From: Omnitrophica WOR_2 bacterium RIFOXYA2_FULL_38_17
Lineage (GTDB): Bacteria > Omnitrophota > Gorgyraeia > Zapsychrales > Zapsychraceae
Length of the DNA stretch: 64,000 nt
Direction: 5' to 3'
Assembly: GCA_001805965.1 (NCBI GenBank)
Contig: MHHG01000075.1
Coordinates: forward strand, 8,826-72,825
Shown here piece after piece: positions 1 through 9,029 of this stretch. The position numbers and the translations under genes are program-made. Every line of letters begins with the position of its first letter. Positions within the stretch are counted from its first letter, which is position 1. Under the pieces are notes generated by a model. The model was not told where the DNA came from, made no database searches, and saw nothing but the letters and a program-made list of their open reading frames with translations.

Positions 1-554
1 TCCTGAGGACCAAATACACAAGGCTCTGGAAAGCAAATAAGCCGACCTATGATATGATCGACGGTAAACTGACACTGATAAACCATCCTGTTCCTGAGAA
101 TAAGACCGGGCCGGTAAGGGCTTATTTCCTGGGAACAAGCCCTTTGTTCAGGTTCGTAAATGAGCTCTTCCTGAAGATAGACAACAACAAAATAACTGCT
201 GACAGCGAAACCCTTCCTTCGAATAAACCTTTACATTCTTTAAGCACAGCTATCTTAAAGACTTTAAATGACGCTGTTCAAAAAGATGGCAAAAAGCTAA
301 TTGTTTTTATCTGGGGTAAAAATAATGAGTGGTTAAAACAGATCGTTGAAAATGCCGGCGTTGAAGTTTTCGCGTTAGAGGATCATGAAGATATAGAAAA
401 GTGGAGACAAAAAGGCGAGCTGGAAAACCTGCCGCCAACAGGCCACTGGTCAGTGCTGGGAAACCAGTATGTGGCAGAGGCGATCTTCCAATATCTGACC
501 GTAAGATCAAAAGGGGACAGAGCCATGGCCCTGTCCCCTTTTACACTTCTCTAA
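1..554 (+). CDS. 3' part of a probable SGNH/GDSL-like hydrolase (5'-truncated by window)
   Basis: Frame is open from position 3 (LRTKYTRLWKANKPTYDMIDGKLTLINHPVP). The C-terminal GHWSVLGNQYVAEAI resembles the SGNH block V His motif. Confidence 0.55.
   Translation, partial: LRTKYTRLWKANKPTYDMIDGKLTLINHPVPENKTGPVRAYFLGTSPLFRFVNELFLKIDNNKITADSETLPSNKPLHSLSTAILKTLNDAVQKDGKKLIVFIWGKNNEWLKQIVENAGVEVFALEDHEDIEKWRQKGELENLPPTGHWSVLGNQYVAEAIFQYLTVRSKGDRAMALSPFTLL
509..542. terminator. Bidirectional intrinsic terminator-like hairpin
   Basis: AAAAGGGGACAG-agccatggcc-CTGTCCCCTTTT has perfect 12-bp arms and lies at the junction of convergent genes, inside the last codons of the + ORF. Confidence 0.65.
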
Positions 555-1187
555 TTAATGTATATGCTCGACCTTGGGACGCTCCAAGATCCTTACTTTT
601 CTTCCCTTACCAACCTTCAACCTGTCTTCAGTATACAACTGGATCGCTTTAGGATACATGCTGTGTTCAAGAGTATGGACCCTTGCTTCAAGCATTTCCA
701 GCGTATCGTCTGGAGGTATCTTGAACCCTTCCTGCATGATGATAGGGCCATGGTCCATCTTATCATCCACAAAATGTATCGTGACTCCGGTCACCTTCGC
801 ACCATAAGTAAATGCGTCTTTGATCGCCTGCTTTCCCCTGAATGCCGGCAGCAGTGACGGGTGAACATTCAATATCCTGTTAGGGAACTCCTTTACAAAA
901 AAGGCCGATAACAGTTTCATGTACCCTGCCAGCACGATAAAATCGATCTTTGCTTCCTTCATATAGATCACGATATCCCTGTCATAACTTTGCGGCGTAG
1001 CATAATCCTTTCGCACCAGACACAGTGTCTTTATCCCTGCCTCCTCAGCACGCTTTAAAGCATAGGCCTTCCTGTTATTAGAGAAAACAAGCGCAAGTTC
1101 AGCCTTGATCTTTTTTTGATTGACAGCCTCTATTATTGCCTGCAGATTTGTTCCGTTACCTGACACAAAGACAGCAAACCTTTGCAT
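555..1187 (-). CDS. purN: Phosphoribosylglycinamide formyltransferase
   Basis: Motifs SGNGTNLQA, LAGYM, LNVHPSLLP, GVTIHFVD, DHGPII. Start placed at ATG 1187, 6 nt after the AAGGAG RBS. Confidence 0.97.
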   Translation of the reverse strand: MQRFAVFVSGNGTNLQAIIEAVNQKKIKAELALVFSNNRKAYALKRAEEAGIKTLCLVRKDYATPQSYDRDIVIYMKEAKIDFIVLAGYMKLLSAFFVKEFPNRILNVHPSLLPAFRGKQAIKDAFTYGAKVTGVTIHFVDDKMDHGPIIMQEGFKIPPDDTLEMLEARVHTLEHSMYPKAIQLYTEDRLKVGKGRKVRILERPKVEHIH

Positions 1188-1439
1188 ATACATCTCCTTT
1201 GATCCCTGTTAACGCCTGTAAAATAATACTGAATAATTATAACACTTCTTATATCTAAAACAAATTCCAATACAAAAATTTCATCGAGCATGAATTGCAG
1301 CGTAATATTGTATGATCGCGTTGCTCCCTACGTCAGTGCATCAATTAATATTTTTATCATTTTTAAGACATATTCGTGAACTTTCCTACAATAAGTCCCT
1401 GCAAGATAATACCTGCAAACAAAGACCAGCTCTCGGGAA

Positions 1440-1590
1440 AAAGACCGATCTCGTATCAGGCAAAAGAGCATCTCCTTTTATCCCGTTCTTCTGCAGAGCC
1501 GCCTTGCGCCTCAGGCATTATCCTGAGAACAGGCCGCTTTGGCTTGATGGGGAGTGGGCTTCACTTTATCTGTTTGACATGGGCCGATAA
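1440..1590 (+). pseudogene. Remnant of the N-terminus of a GT-C (family 39/PMT-like) membrane glycosyltransferase
   Basis: Reads AALRLRHYPENRPLWLDGEWASLYLF, matching the LRL..Y..NRSLWLDE motif of such proteins, then stops. The rest of the gene is absent. Confidence 0.5.
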
Positions 1591-1613
1591 CTGCGCTTGC
1601 GCCGGCCGGCTGT

Positions 1614-2879
1614 TCACTTCTTACTTTCACCTTCATGCTCACCGCGAATAAAACCTATCATTCCAATAAACACGATCGATCCGCCGACAGTGACAAGTAT
1701 CCAGAACTTGTCAACATACTTCGCTGCTATAGAGCTGGCAAACATCGCTGTAAGGAAAGCAAAATGGATCACGATCTCTATTGCGCTGAAGACCTTGCCG
1801 CGCATGTTTTCATCACTGACTATGTGCACGATAGTGTTAGCTGCTATAAATATGGGGCCTATGACCAGGCCCAGAAGCACCGCCAGTACCATGGCTGCAA
1901 AGATATTCTGCACCTTTGCGACAACGTACGCAAAAGCTATAAGCATTACGCCTCCCGCCATAAGTGAAAAGAATATCACCTTATACCACACGAACTTCTT
2001 TCCCCATTTTCCATAGCAAAGGGCCCCTGCAAAAAGCCCCGCGCCGAGGCATACTGCCAGAACACCGAGATGCTTTGTCACGCTGCCGAACGATTCCTGG
2101 ATGAACACTATCATTACAACATATACAGAGCCTGCCACGAACAATAGCGCGAACATCATGTCAATAATAAAGCGTATTTCCTTGTGCTGTATAAGATAGA
2201 CAAATCCTTCTTTAAGCTCGACCCAGAACGACTGCTTGATCGTGTCCACTATCTCGTGGCTGCTCTTTAAGAGCTCTGATTTCTTGAACTTGACTTTGAT
2301 CGGTAAGCTGATCGAATATATTATTAGGCCTGATATAAAGAAAGTTGCTGAATCGATGATAAATCCGGTCCTGGCGCCGAACCAGTCTATAAGGAACCCT
2401 CCTAAGGCACATCCGAAAACAAAGGCCATCATTCCTGTGGTGGATACAAGAGAATTGGCCGCAAGCAGGGTATCCTCTTCAACAAGGTCGGGTATAATTG
2501 ACATTTTTGCGGGAATATAAAACCTGCTGAAACAAAATGCAAGAAAGACCACTGCGTATATCGGGAGCATTGATTCTTTCAAGATAAAAAGGAACGGTAT
2601 CGTCAGGACAAGCAGGCCCCTTCCGAGGTCACAGATAAAAAGCGTCTTCTTCCTGTCCCATCTGTCGACAAGTACACCTGCGAACGGCTGTATTATAAAG
2701 ACCGGAAGGATAGTAAAGGCGAGCAGCTTCGCCAGGCCCATTGCAGAGCCGGGCGCGCGTTCCGCTATAAGGCCGACAAGTGCCAGCTGGTGAATGCGGT
2801 CGCCGAACTGGGAAATGAACTGCGCTGACCAGAGCCGCTGAAAGTTCCTGTGCTTAGAACTGGTTAGTATCTTTATCAT
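1614..2879 (-). CDS. MFS transporter (macrolide-efflux/DHA3-like)
   Basis: About 12 hydrophobic segments, MFS motif A GVLVDRWDRK, N-terminal RNFQRLWSAQFISQFGD. Confidence 0.9.
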   Translation of the reverse strand: MIKILTSSKHRNFQRLWSAQFISQFGDRIHQLALVGLIAERAPGSAMGLAKLLAFTILPVFIIQPFAGVLVDRWDRKKTLFICDLGRGLLVLTIPFLFILKESMLPIYAVVFLAFCFSRFYIPAKMSIIPDLVEEDTLLAANSLVSTTGMMAFVFGCALGGFLIDWFGARTGFIIDSATFFISGLIIYSISLPIKVKFKKSELLKSSHEIVDTIKQSFWVELKEGFVYLIQHKEIRFIIDMMFALLFVAGSVYVVMIVFIQESFGSVTKHLGVLAVCLGAGLFAGALCYGKWGKKFVWYKVIFFSLMAGGVMLIAFAYVVAKVQNIFAAMVLAVLLGLVIGPIFIAANTIVHIVSDENMRGKVFSAIEIVIHFAFLTAMFASSIAAKYVDKFWILVTVGGSIVFIGMIGFIRGEHEGESKK

Positions 2880-2913
2880 AATATCTTTAAAACTTTACGT
2901 CCTATAAAATTCT

Positions 2914-4785
2914 CTAGCGTCCGCTTTGAAGGATCTCCAGCCTTTTACTGATATATGCCAATCTGTCTTTATCAAGAACTATGCTTGATAGAATATAATT
3001 GTATGTCTCGATCGCCTTTTCTTTCTGGCCGGTAGTTTCATAGGCAGCTGCAAGGTTCATATATGACTCCTGATAATTTGGCCTGACAGTAATCGCCCTT
3101 TTATATTCGAGGATAGCTTTATCCGTTCTATCGGTCATGTGATAAACGACCCCTAAGCTGTAATGAAGCTTCGCAAGGTCATATTTCTGAGCTTCATTTA
3201 TGATCCTTCCTTTTAAGTTCTTAAGTCCTTCCTCATACCTCTTTTCTATCTCTTGATAAGCGGCCCTTTTATTCTCGTTAAGCATACTTTCGAACTGCCC
3301 CGCATTTACCACTTTGTTATAATAAGCCAATCCATGCCAGTATTTTCCCTGATCGAACAAAGCCCTTCCCGCGCCTATCAAACCTCTTACATTGCCGGGC
3401 TCGACCTTTAGGCTTTCCTTGTAATACTTTTCGGCCTCCTCATACATTCCCGCATAGGCATATGAAAGGGCCAGAGGGGTTATAACGCGTATGTTCCGCG
3501 GATTCTTGTCAAACGACTGTTTGAACATCGTCATTTGATTCGAGGATATGATCACCTGGTTGATAGTGACAATAATATAGAATAAATAAAGGCCGGCAGC
3601 CCCGAGGATAATAATGCTTTTCTTCGCCTGCTTGTGCTCAATCAGGGCCTTTGCGATGTTCATGACAAAAACAATCGTTATTGCTAATATTGCCACTGAA
3701 GGCATGTATAGAAAATGTTCTGCAGTTGAAATGCTAAAATAACTGACCTTGACAGGTATGACCTGAGAGACAACAGCAAAATTAATTGCTGTCCATGCAA
3801 ATAAGAATTTTGTGGTACTGGTGAAGGAAGGCCATTTTTTAAGTATGAAGTATAAAGCGATCAGCCAAAATACGATCGTGCTGGCAACTTGAACTTCCCA
3901 AAAGCTGCTGAAGATATCAAGGCTCCTGTCGTAATAGAGCCCTGCCGGGATCATGACAAGCCTCAGATAGATCACCAATGCCTTGAGGAACGTTATTACA
4001 GAAAGAGCCGTCTGTTCTATGCTGATCCACTTAAAACCTCCAGAAATACCGAGATATTCCCTGCAAAGAAAATAGGCTATGGTAATTATCAGAAAACTGT
4101 TACTAAAAAAACCAGCATTCTGTTGTTGGCATTGGGTCCGTTGCCCCTTAGGTAAAACTATCCAAAAGTATGCAATCACACACAGCGGCATCATCACAGC
4201 CGACTCTTTTGAGAGCAATGACAGGCAGTACAATATCAGGGAAATAAGAAGATAGCGCGTCTTGCCGGATCCAACGGCCTTGAGGAACATCCAGAAAGAA
4301 TAAAAGAAAAACAAGCCGCATAACAGTATCGAGCGTCCCGGGATATTCGTGACCTGCTCCCAGTGTACAGGATGAACTGCAAACAATAATCCGGTCAATA
4401 CGCCGGCTGCCCTGTTGTTCAGCAATTTATCAACCAGCATGAACACCCCGAAAGAGGCGATGATGTGGAGGATAATGTTGTCCAGATAATAGTAGAACGG
4501 ATCGAGCTTAAAGAAATTGTATTCAAGCGCAAAGCTAAGATGCACAAGCGGGCGCCAGTAAGTGTTCTTCAAGAAGAACGAGCTTTTAAATATCTGCGGC
4601 ACATTGCCGAGGCTCTTGACCAGCGGGTTTTCAATGATCGACAGGTAATCATCCATAGTCTTAAAAGACGCATCCAGGATCAGGCAATAGCACAAAAAAG
4701 TGACGAGCGCGATCGCCGCAAAGACCCCGGCATTTGACCACACGGACCTGTTCAATATTCCCCGGAATTTATTCACTTTTGCCAC
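2914..4785 (-). CDS. TMTC-like membrane glycosyltransferase with C-terminal TPR repeats
   Basis: DD..I.ENP, YWRPL, LLFAVHPVH.E.V..I.GR and LLSKESA motifs in a multi-TM domain, followed by TPRs. GTG start after GGAG. Confidence 0.85.
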   Translation of the reverse strand: MAKVNKFRGILNRSVWSNAGVFAAIALVTFLCYCLILDASFKTMDDYLSIIENPLVKSLGNVPQIFKSSFFLKNTYWRPLVHLSFALEYNFFKLDPFYYYLDNIILHIIASFGVFMLVDKLLNNRAAGVLTGLLFAVHPVHWEQVTNIPGRSILLCGLFFFYSFWMFLKAVGSGKTRYLLISLILYCLSLLSKESAVMMPLCVIAYFWIVLPKGQRTQCQQQNAGFFSNSFLIITIAYFLCREYLGISGGFKWISIEQTALSVITFLKALVIYLRLVMIPAGLYYDRSLDIFSSFWEVQVASTIVFWLIALYFILKKWPSFTSTTKFLFAWTAINFAVVSQVIPVKVSYFSISTAEHFLYMPSVAILAITIVFVMNIAKALIEHKQAKKSIIILGAAGLYLFYIIVTINQVIISSNQMTMFKQSFDKNPRNIRVITPLALSYAYAGMYEEAEKYYKESLKVEPGNVRGLIGAGRALFDQGKYWHGLAYYNKVVNAGQFESMLNENKRAAYQEIEKRYEEGLKNLKGRIINEAQKYDLAKLHYSLGVVYHMTDRTDKAILEYKRAITVRPNYQESYMNLAAAYETTGQKEKAIETYNYILSSIVLDKDRLAYISKRLEILQSGR

Positions 4786-4959
4786 AAAGGACTCCTTTTA
4801 TTTGTTTATTTTACTCAATAGGCGGAAGAATAACAATACTTTTAAAGAATATAATAAGGGTCAGGGTTTTATTCCATTTGGCGGAAGCAGCCGAAAAGGG
4901 CTTTTAGTTATTCCACAACAAACTTTCAGGGCCTTACTGCATTAGTGCTTTTTTAAAGA

Positions 4960-5032
4960 AGCTGGCGACCAGGATCGAACTGGTGGCCTACGATTTACGA
5001 AACCGTTGCTCTACCAACTGAGCTACGCCAGC
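4960..5032 (-). tRNA. tRNA-Thr (anticodon CGT)
   Basis: Minus strand GCTGGCGTAGCTCAGTTGGTAGAGC-ACGGT-TTCGTAA-ATCGT-...GTTCGATCC...CGCCAGC folds as a cloverleaf. CCA is not encoded. Confidence 0.97.
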
Positions 5033-5096
5033 GAATTGTTCTTTTCATATCAGGGCACATTTAATTACAGCGACACTTTAAACAATATTAATGTAC

Positions 5097-5144
5097 AAAA
5101 AAAACCGAACAAAATCAATCTTTAGCATTGATCGCATTCGGTTA
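5097..5144 (-). terminator. Intrinsic terminator downstream of the tRNA-Phe/ncRNA unit
   Basis: Minus strand AACCGAATGCGATCAAT-loop-ATTGATTTTGTTCGGTT followed by a T run. Confidence 0.65.
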
Positions 5145-5196
5145 AATTCTTTTTTGGTAAAAATCCCATTCAGATACCATTCATTTTACTTTTAAG

Positions 5197-5355
5197 GAAG
5201 CCGGGCATCCGTAACCATTGTTTCCCTTAAGGACCCTCTTTACCTAAGAAAGCATTCCGGCCGCATTACCGGTCCCCGGTCCTGACGGGTACTGAAAGCG
5301 CTTCTTGCTTTTTCCTTAGGTGATAATCCATTCAGTCACCATTTTATGCTAGGCA
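5197..5355 (-). ncRNA. Structured rod-like ncRNA candidate (divergent SRP RNA or 6S RNA)
   Basis: Nested pairings GCC..GCAT/ATGC..GGC, GTGACT/GGTTAC, GGATT/GGTCC, ACCTAAGG/TCTTAGGT, AAAGCA/TGCTTT. Apex CCGT-CAGG-ACCGG-GGA-CCGGT-AAT-GCGG. No ORF. Lies between tRNA-Phe and a terminator. Confidence 0.55.
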
Positions 5356-5361
5356 AAAAAA

Positions 5362-5437
5362 TGGTGCCGAGACCCAGAATTGAACTGGGGACACAAGGCT
5401 TTTCAGGCCTCTGCTCTACCAACTGAGCTATCTCGGC
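5362..5437 (-). tRNA. tRNA-Phe (anticodon GAA)
   Basis: GCCGAGATAGCTCAGTTGGTAGAGC...CTGAAAA...GTTCAATTC...CTCGGCACCA, 76 nt with encoded CCA. Confidence 0.98.
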
Positions 5438-5478
5438 ACATTTGATCTTTAAATCCTGTTTTTCAAATCTGAGGACAC

Positions 5479-5507
5479 ATTCTAACTAAGGGAACTGATT
5501 TTGTCAA
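5479..5507 (-). promoter_or_regulatory. Sigma70 promoter of the tRNA-Phe unit
   Basis: TTGACA-17 nt-TAGAAT on the minus strand, about 40 nt upstream of the tRNA. Confidence 0.8.
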
Positions 5508-5620
5508 CCCAAGAAATTTTTTAGCTTTAACTCCCGCGGCCACACTAAAAAAGGGACAAATTCCTTTGTTTAAAATGCAGAATACTGCAAAGCCGGACTA
5601 AAGGATATTTGTCCCGAATG

Positions 5621-6025
5621 TTATTCGTTTAAATGACTCATTATTTTCACAAAGACATCCTGCGCAACACTGATCTTCGGCAAGTACGCTTTTCTTGCCT
5701 TGACGCTCACCTTAATATTTGATTCATTCAATTTAACGATCTTTATCGTGACCTCTGACCCGCTGATCTTCGCGATCAAAAGGCCGTTGTTCTCGTTCTG
5801 TTCCTTGATCGTTCCCATTATTGAGATGATCTCAAGTGTCCCGTCCCAAACCTCAACCACATCGTTTTCAGTCAATCCCTCAACAGTGTCAGGGCTTACA
5901 ATGTAGCCTCCGACAGCACCGATACCGCCGACAACAAGATAGATACAACCATTCAAAGAAAATAAAATTAAAGCTGAAAATAACGCCCTCAGCAGAGATC
6001 TTTTTCTGCAATTAGAAAACCCCAC
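5621..6025 (-). CDS. DUF3568-like lipoprotein
   Basis: Lipobox LNGC followed by Gly/Ala-rich VVGGIGAVGGY and a small alpha/beta domain. Confidence 0.7.
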   Translation of the reverse strand: MGFSNCRKRSLLRALFSALILFSLNGCIYLVVGGIGAVGGYIVSPDTVEGLTENDVVEVWDGTLEIISIMGTIKEQNENNGLLIAKISGSEVTIKIVKLNESNIKVSVKARKAYLPKISVAQDVFVKIMSHLNE

Positions 6026-6245
6026 TTCTGTCCCCCTTCAATATTATTTTAAATTTTTTAAGTGTAATACGGATGGTAATGACCAATGATCAGCTACGAT
6101 TTTATTCTAACATACGAAAAACAATTGTGTGGAATAAAATAAAATATTTTAGGCGATTAGCTGTGGATTGTCGCTAAAAGGTAATCTCAAGCATCTTCAA
6201 GGTCCTGATGCTTTAACGGGTTTTCATGAACTAAAAATAACGCGT

Positions 6246-6282
6246 AAAAAAAGAGCGGCATCATTTAAGACGCCGCTCTTTT
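6246..6282 (-). terminator. Intrinsic terminator after hppA
   Basis: AAAAGAGCGGC-gtcttaaatgat-GCCGCTCTTTTTTT on the minus strand. Confidence 0.85.
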
Positions 6283-6332
6283 CCCTACCTCTTAAAGCCC
6301 CTGCCAAAATAAATGCAGGAGCGAATAGCTTA

Positions 6333-8663
6333 TTACTTTATCATGATCCCCAGCCAACCTTGTATGATCGGTGAGAATTTTACAATGACCGGAGCAAATA
6401 CAATACTGACCATGCTCATCAGCTTAATAAGGATATTTAACGAAGGCCCGCTTGTGTCCTTACAAGGATCCCCGACAGTATCTCCAATAACTGCCGCAGC
6501 ATGTACAGGGTTCTTTGAGCCGTCCGGCAGCTTCTTTCCGCCGTGATGCCCGGATTCAATATATTTCTTTGCATTATCCCACGCACCGCCGGCATTGTTA
6601 AGCATTGTAGCTAAAACAAAGCCCGTGCTTAAGCCTCCTGCCAGCAATCCTATTACGCCGGCAACGCCAAAGACAAGCCCTGTTGCTACAGGAATAAAAA
6701 TAGCAAGCAAGGACGGCAATATCATCTCTTTCTGCGCGCCAACCGTTGAAATCATTACGCAGCGGGCATAATCAGCCTTTTGCGTTCCGTCCATGATGCC
6801 AGGTGTTTCCTTGAACTGGCGTCGGACTTCATTGACCATTGCGCCTGCAGCGCGCCCGACAGCCTTCATTGTCATCGCGCAAAAGACAAATGCCGCCATC
6901 GCGCCAAGGAACATTCCGCAAAGCAGCAGTGGGTTCATCAAGTGAGCTTTGTAGAGCTCGACAAAATCAAGGATTCCCAGTCTGGATATCGCATCCTTAG
7001 TAAACTCTTGTGCTCCAACAAGAAATGTACCAGTACCCGCATAATTGCCAGCCCACATCTTGACCTCTTCAATGTAAGCAGCCATTAGCGCCATTGCCGT
7101 TAAAGCCGCTGACCCGATAGCAAACCCTTTTCCGGTCGCAGCTGTTGTGTTCCCTAATGCATCAAGGGCATCCGTTCTTTCACGAACTTCCGGTTCCAGC
7201 CCTGACATTTCGGCGTTACCGCCTGCATTATCCGCAATTGGCCCGTAAGCATCTGTCGCCAAAGTGATGCCTAAAGTGGAAAGCATTCCAACTGCAGCGA
7301 ACCCAATCCCGTAAAGCCCCATTGAAAAATCGCTGAACCCCCCGGCAAAACCGAACGAACAAAGAATACCGATCACTATCGTTATAACAGGAATACCTGC
7401 TGAGTACATGCCATTTGCAAGCCCGTCAATAATTACAGTGGCCGCACCCATCTTGGCTTCACCAGCCAGGCTTTGTGTCGGCTTGTAGTGGCCAGATGTA
7501 TAGTATTCTGTAGATTGGCCGATAAGAACGCCCGCAAGCAGACCGGCAGAGACAGAACCAAAAATACCCCAGGTCACAACACCCATTTTTGCAAGCACCG
7601 CAATAGCAAACAAGATAAAAACTGAACTTCCCAGCGTTCCTGTTAAAAGGGCATTAAGAAGATTTTTCTGCGTTGCATCCTCCTTGCATTTAACAAGGAA
7701 CATCCCAAGAATAGACATAAAGATCCCCAAGCCTGCCACTATCATCGGGGCAGCAACGTACATTACCCCTTTTTGCATATCAAAAGTGGGATCAATATAA
7801 GAATTGTGCGCAGCTATCGATGCCCCGATCGCAGCTGTCGCTAAAATTGAACCGCAGTATGATTCATAAAGGTCAGCACCCATTCCGGCAACATCACCGA
7901 CATTATCACCAACATTATCAGCGATAGTCGCAGGATTGCGTGGATCATCCTCCGGGATACCCGCTTCAACCTTACCTACAAGGTCAGCGCCAACATCAGC
8001 GGCCTTTGTAAAAATACCGCCGCCAACACGGGCAAAAAGAGCCTGAGTGGAAGCACCCATGCCGAAAGTAAGCATTGTAATCGTAATATCGACTAATTTT
8101 TTTGCTTCAGTTGTCCCTGCATGGACAAGGTCCATTCCAAGTAAATGAACACCATTAGCCATATGTTCAGGAGTATAAACTAACTTGGCTAAAATAAGAT
8201 ACCAAAGACAAATATCAAGCAGGCCGAAACCAACCACGACCAAACCCATAACAGCTCCTGACCTGAACGCAACCTGTAATCCCTGATTCAAGGATTTCCT
8301 TGCTGCATTAGCAGTTCTCGCAGAAGCATTGGTCGCTGTTTTCATTCCAAGGAAACCGCAAAGCCCCGAGAAAAAACCACCCGTAAGAAAGGCGATCGGA
8401 ACAAAAGGATTCTGAATACCATTGACAGCAAGCACGGATAGAATAACAAAAAGCGCGGCAAAAACTATCGAGACCGATCTGTATTGTCTGAAAAGATACG
8501 CCATCGCACCTTCTCTAACATATCCTGCGATCTCTTTCATCCTGTCAGTACCTTCATCACAGGCCATCAGCTTAGAATAATAAATACCGGCAAAAACCAA
8601 AGCAACAACACTTCCTGTTGGTGCAATCCACCAAATTCCTGGGGTCAGTGTAAATCCACTCAT
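6333..8663 (-). CDS. hppA: Membrane-integral cation-translocating pyrophosphatase (K+-dependent, probably Na+,H+ type)
   Basis: Motifs [58 protein letters not shown]. Confidence 0.97.
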   Translation of the reverse strand: MSGFTLTPGIWWIAPTGSVVALVFAGIYYSKLMACDEGTDRMKEIAGYVREGAMAYLFRQYRSVSIVFAALFVILSVLAVNGIQNPFVPIAFLTGGFFSGLCGFLGMKTATNASARTANAARKSLNQGLQVAFRSGAVMGLVVVGFGLLDICLWYLILAKLVYTPEHMANGVHLLGMDLVHAGTTEAKKLVDITITMLTFGMGASTQALFARVGGGIFTKAADVGADLVGKVEAGIPEDDPRNPATIADNVGDNVGDVAGMGADLYESYCGSILATAAIGASIAAHNSYIDPTFDMQKGVMYVAAPMIVAGLGIFMSILGMFLVKCKEDATQKNLLNALLTGTLGSSVFILFAIAVLAKMGVVTWGIFGSVSAGLLAGVLIGQSTEYYTSGHYKPTQSLAGEAKMGAATVIIDGLANGMYSAGIPVITIVIGILCSFGFAGGFSDFSMGLYGIGFAAVGMLSTLGITLATDAYGPIADNAGGNAEMSGLEPEVRERTDALDALGNTTAATGKGFAIGSAALTAMALMAAYIEEVKMWAGNYAGTGTFLVGAQEFTKDAISRLGILDFVELYKAHLMNPLLLCGMFLGAMAAFVFCAMTMKAVGRAAGAMVNEVRRQFKETPGIMDGTQKADYARCVMISTVGAQKEMILPSLLAIFIPVATGLVFGVAGVIGLLAGGLSTGFVLATMLNNAGGAWDNAKKYIESGHHGGKKLPDGSKNPVHAAAVIGDTVGDPCKDTSGPSLNILIKLMSMVSIVFAPVIVKFSPIIQGWLGIMIK

Positions 8664-8747
8664 AATTTTTCTCCTATTCTAATTTAGTTTTTAAAATAGG
8701 GCCGTGGCACTAAAGTATCAATAGCGCTCCGTCCCATTTTTATATTT

Positions 8748-8831
8748 TTAACCTCTGCAAGGCTTAGTTCCATGATTGGCTTTCTTTGACCGCCAACTCA
8801 ATTTCCCTCTTCTTTTTTGTTTCTTGCTCAT
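8748..8831 (-). CDS. 27-aa basic protein resembling ribosomal protein bL37 (MSKKQKRRGKLSWRSKKANHGTKPCRG)
   Basis: ATG at 8831 after AGGGGGAAGG, TAA at 8748-8750. KANHG.KP matches the KANHGKRP motif of actinobacterial bL37. Below the ORF-track size cutoff. Confidence 0.75.
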   Translation of the reverse strand: MSKKQKRRGKLSWRSKKANHGTKPCRG

Positions 8832-9029
8832 AACCTTCCCCCTCTGTACAAATTAAAATGTTGATCTTGTGATTTATATTAATATCCTTTTTATTAAACT
8901 ATTATAGTATTGGACCAGTTAATAAACAGGATTATTTAAAAATATGCAGAACTGCCCTTAAATCCGAACAATTGAGTAACTATTTATACCAAGAAAGCTG
9001 AAATAATCAAGTATTAAATTTCAACAGCC

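Noticed and set aside
1376-1651. 91-aa + ORF, or an RNase P/tmRNA-like RNA in the GC-richer gap
   Set aside because: No GAGGAAAGTCC or tmRNA termini seen. The adjacent frame carries a glycosyltransferase remnant that explains the composition.
4786-5620. tRNA-targeted integrative element
   Set aside because: No integrase and no duplicated tRNA 3' end found in the window.
4908-6137. TTATTCCACA at ~4908 and its complement at ~6128 as DnaA boxes; oriC suggested by mnmG/mnmE in the window
   Set aside because: The motif has an extra base relative to TTATNCACA, the copies are isolated, and no box cluster or dnaA was seen.
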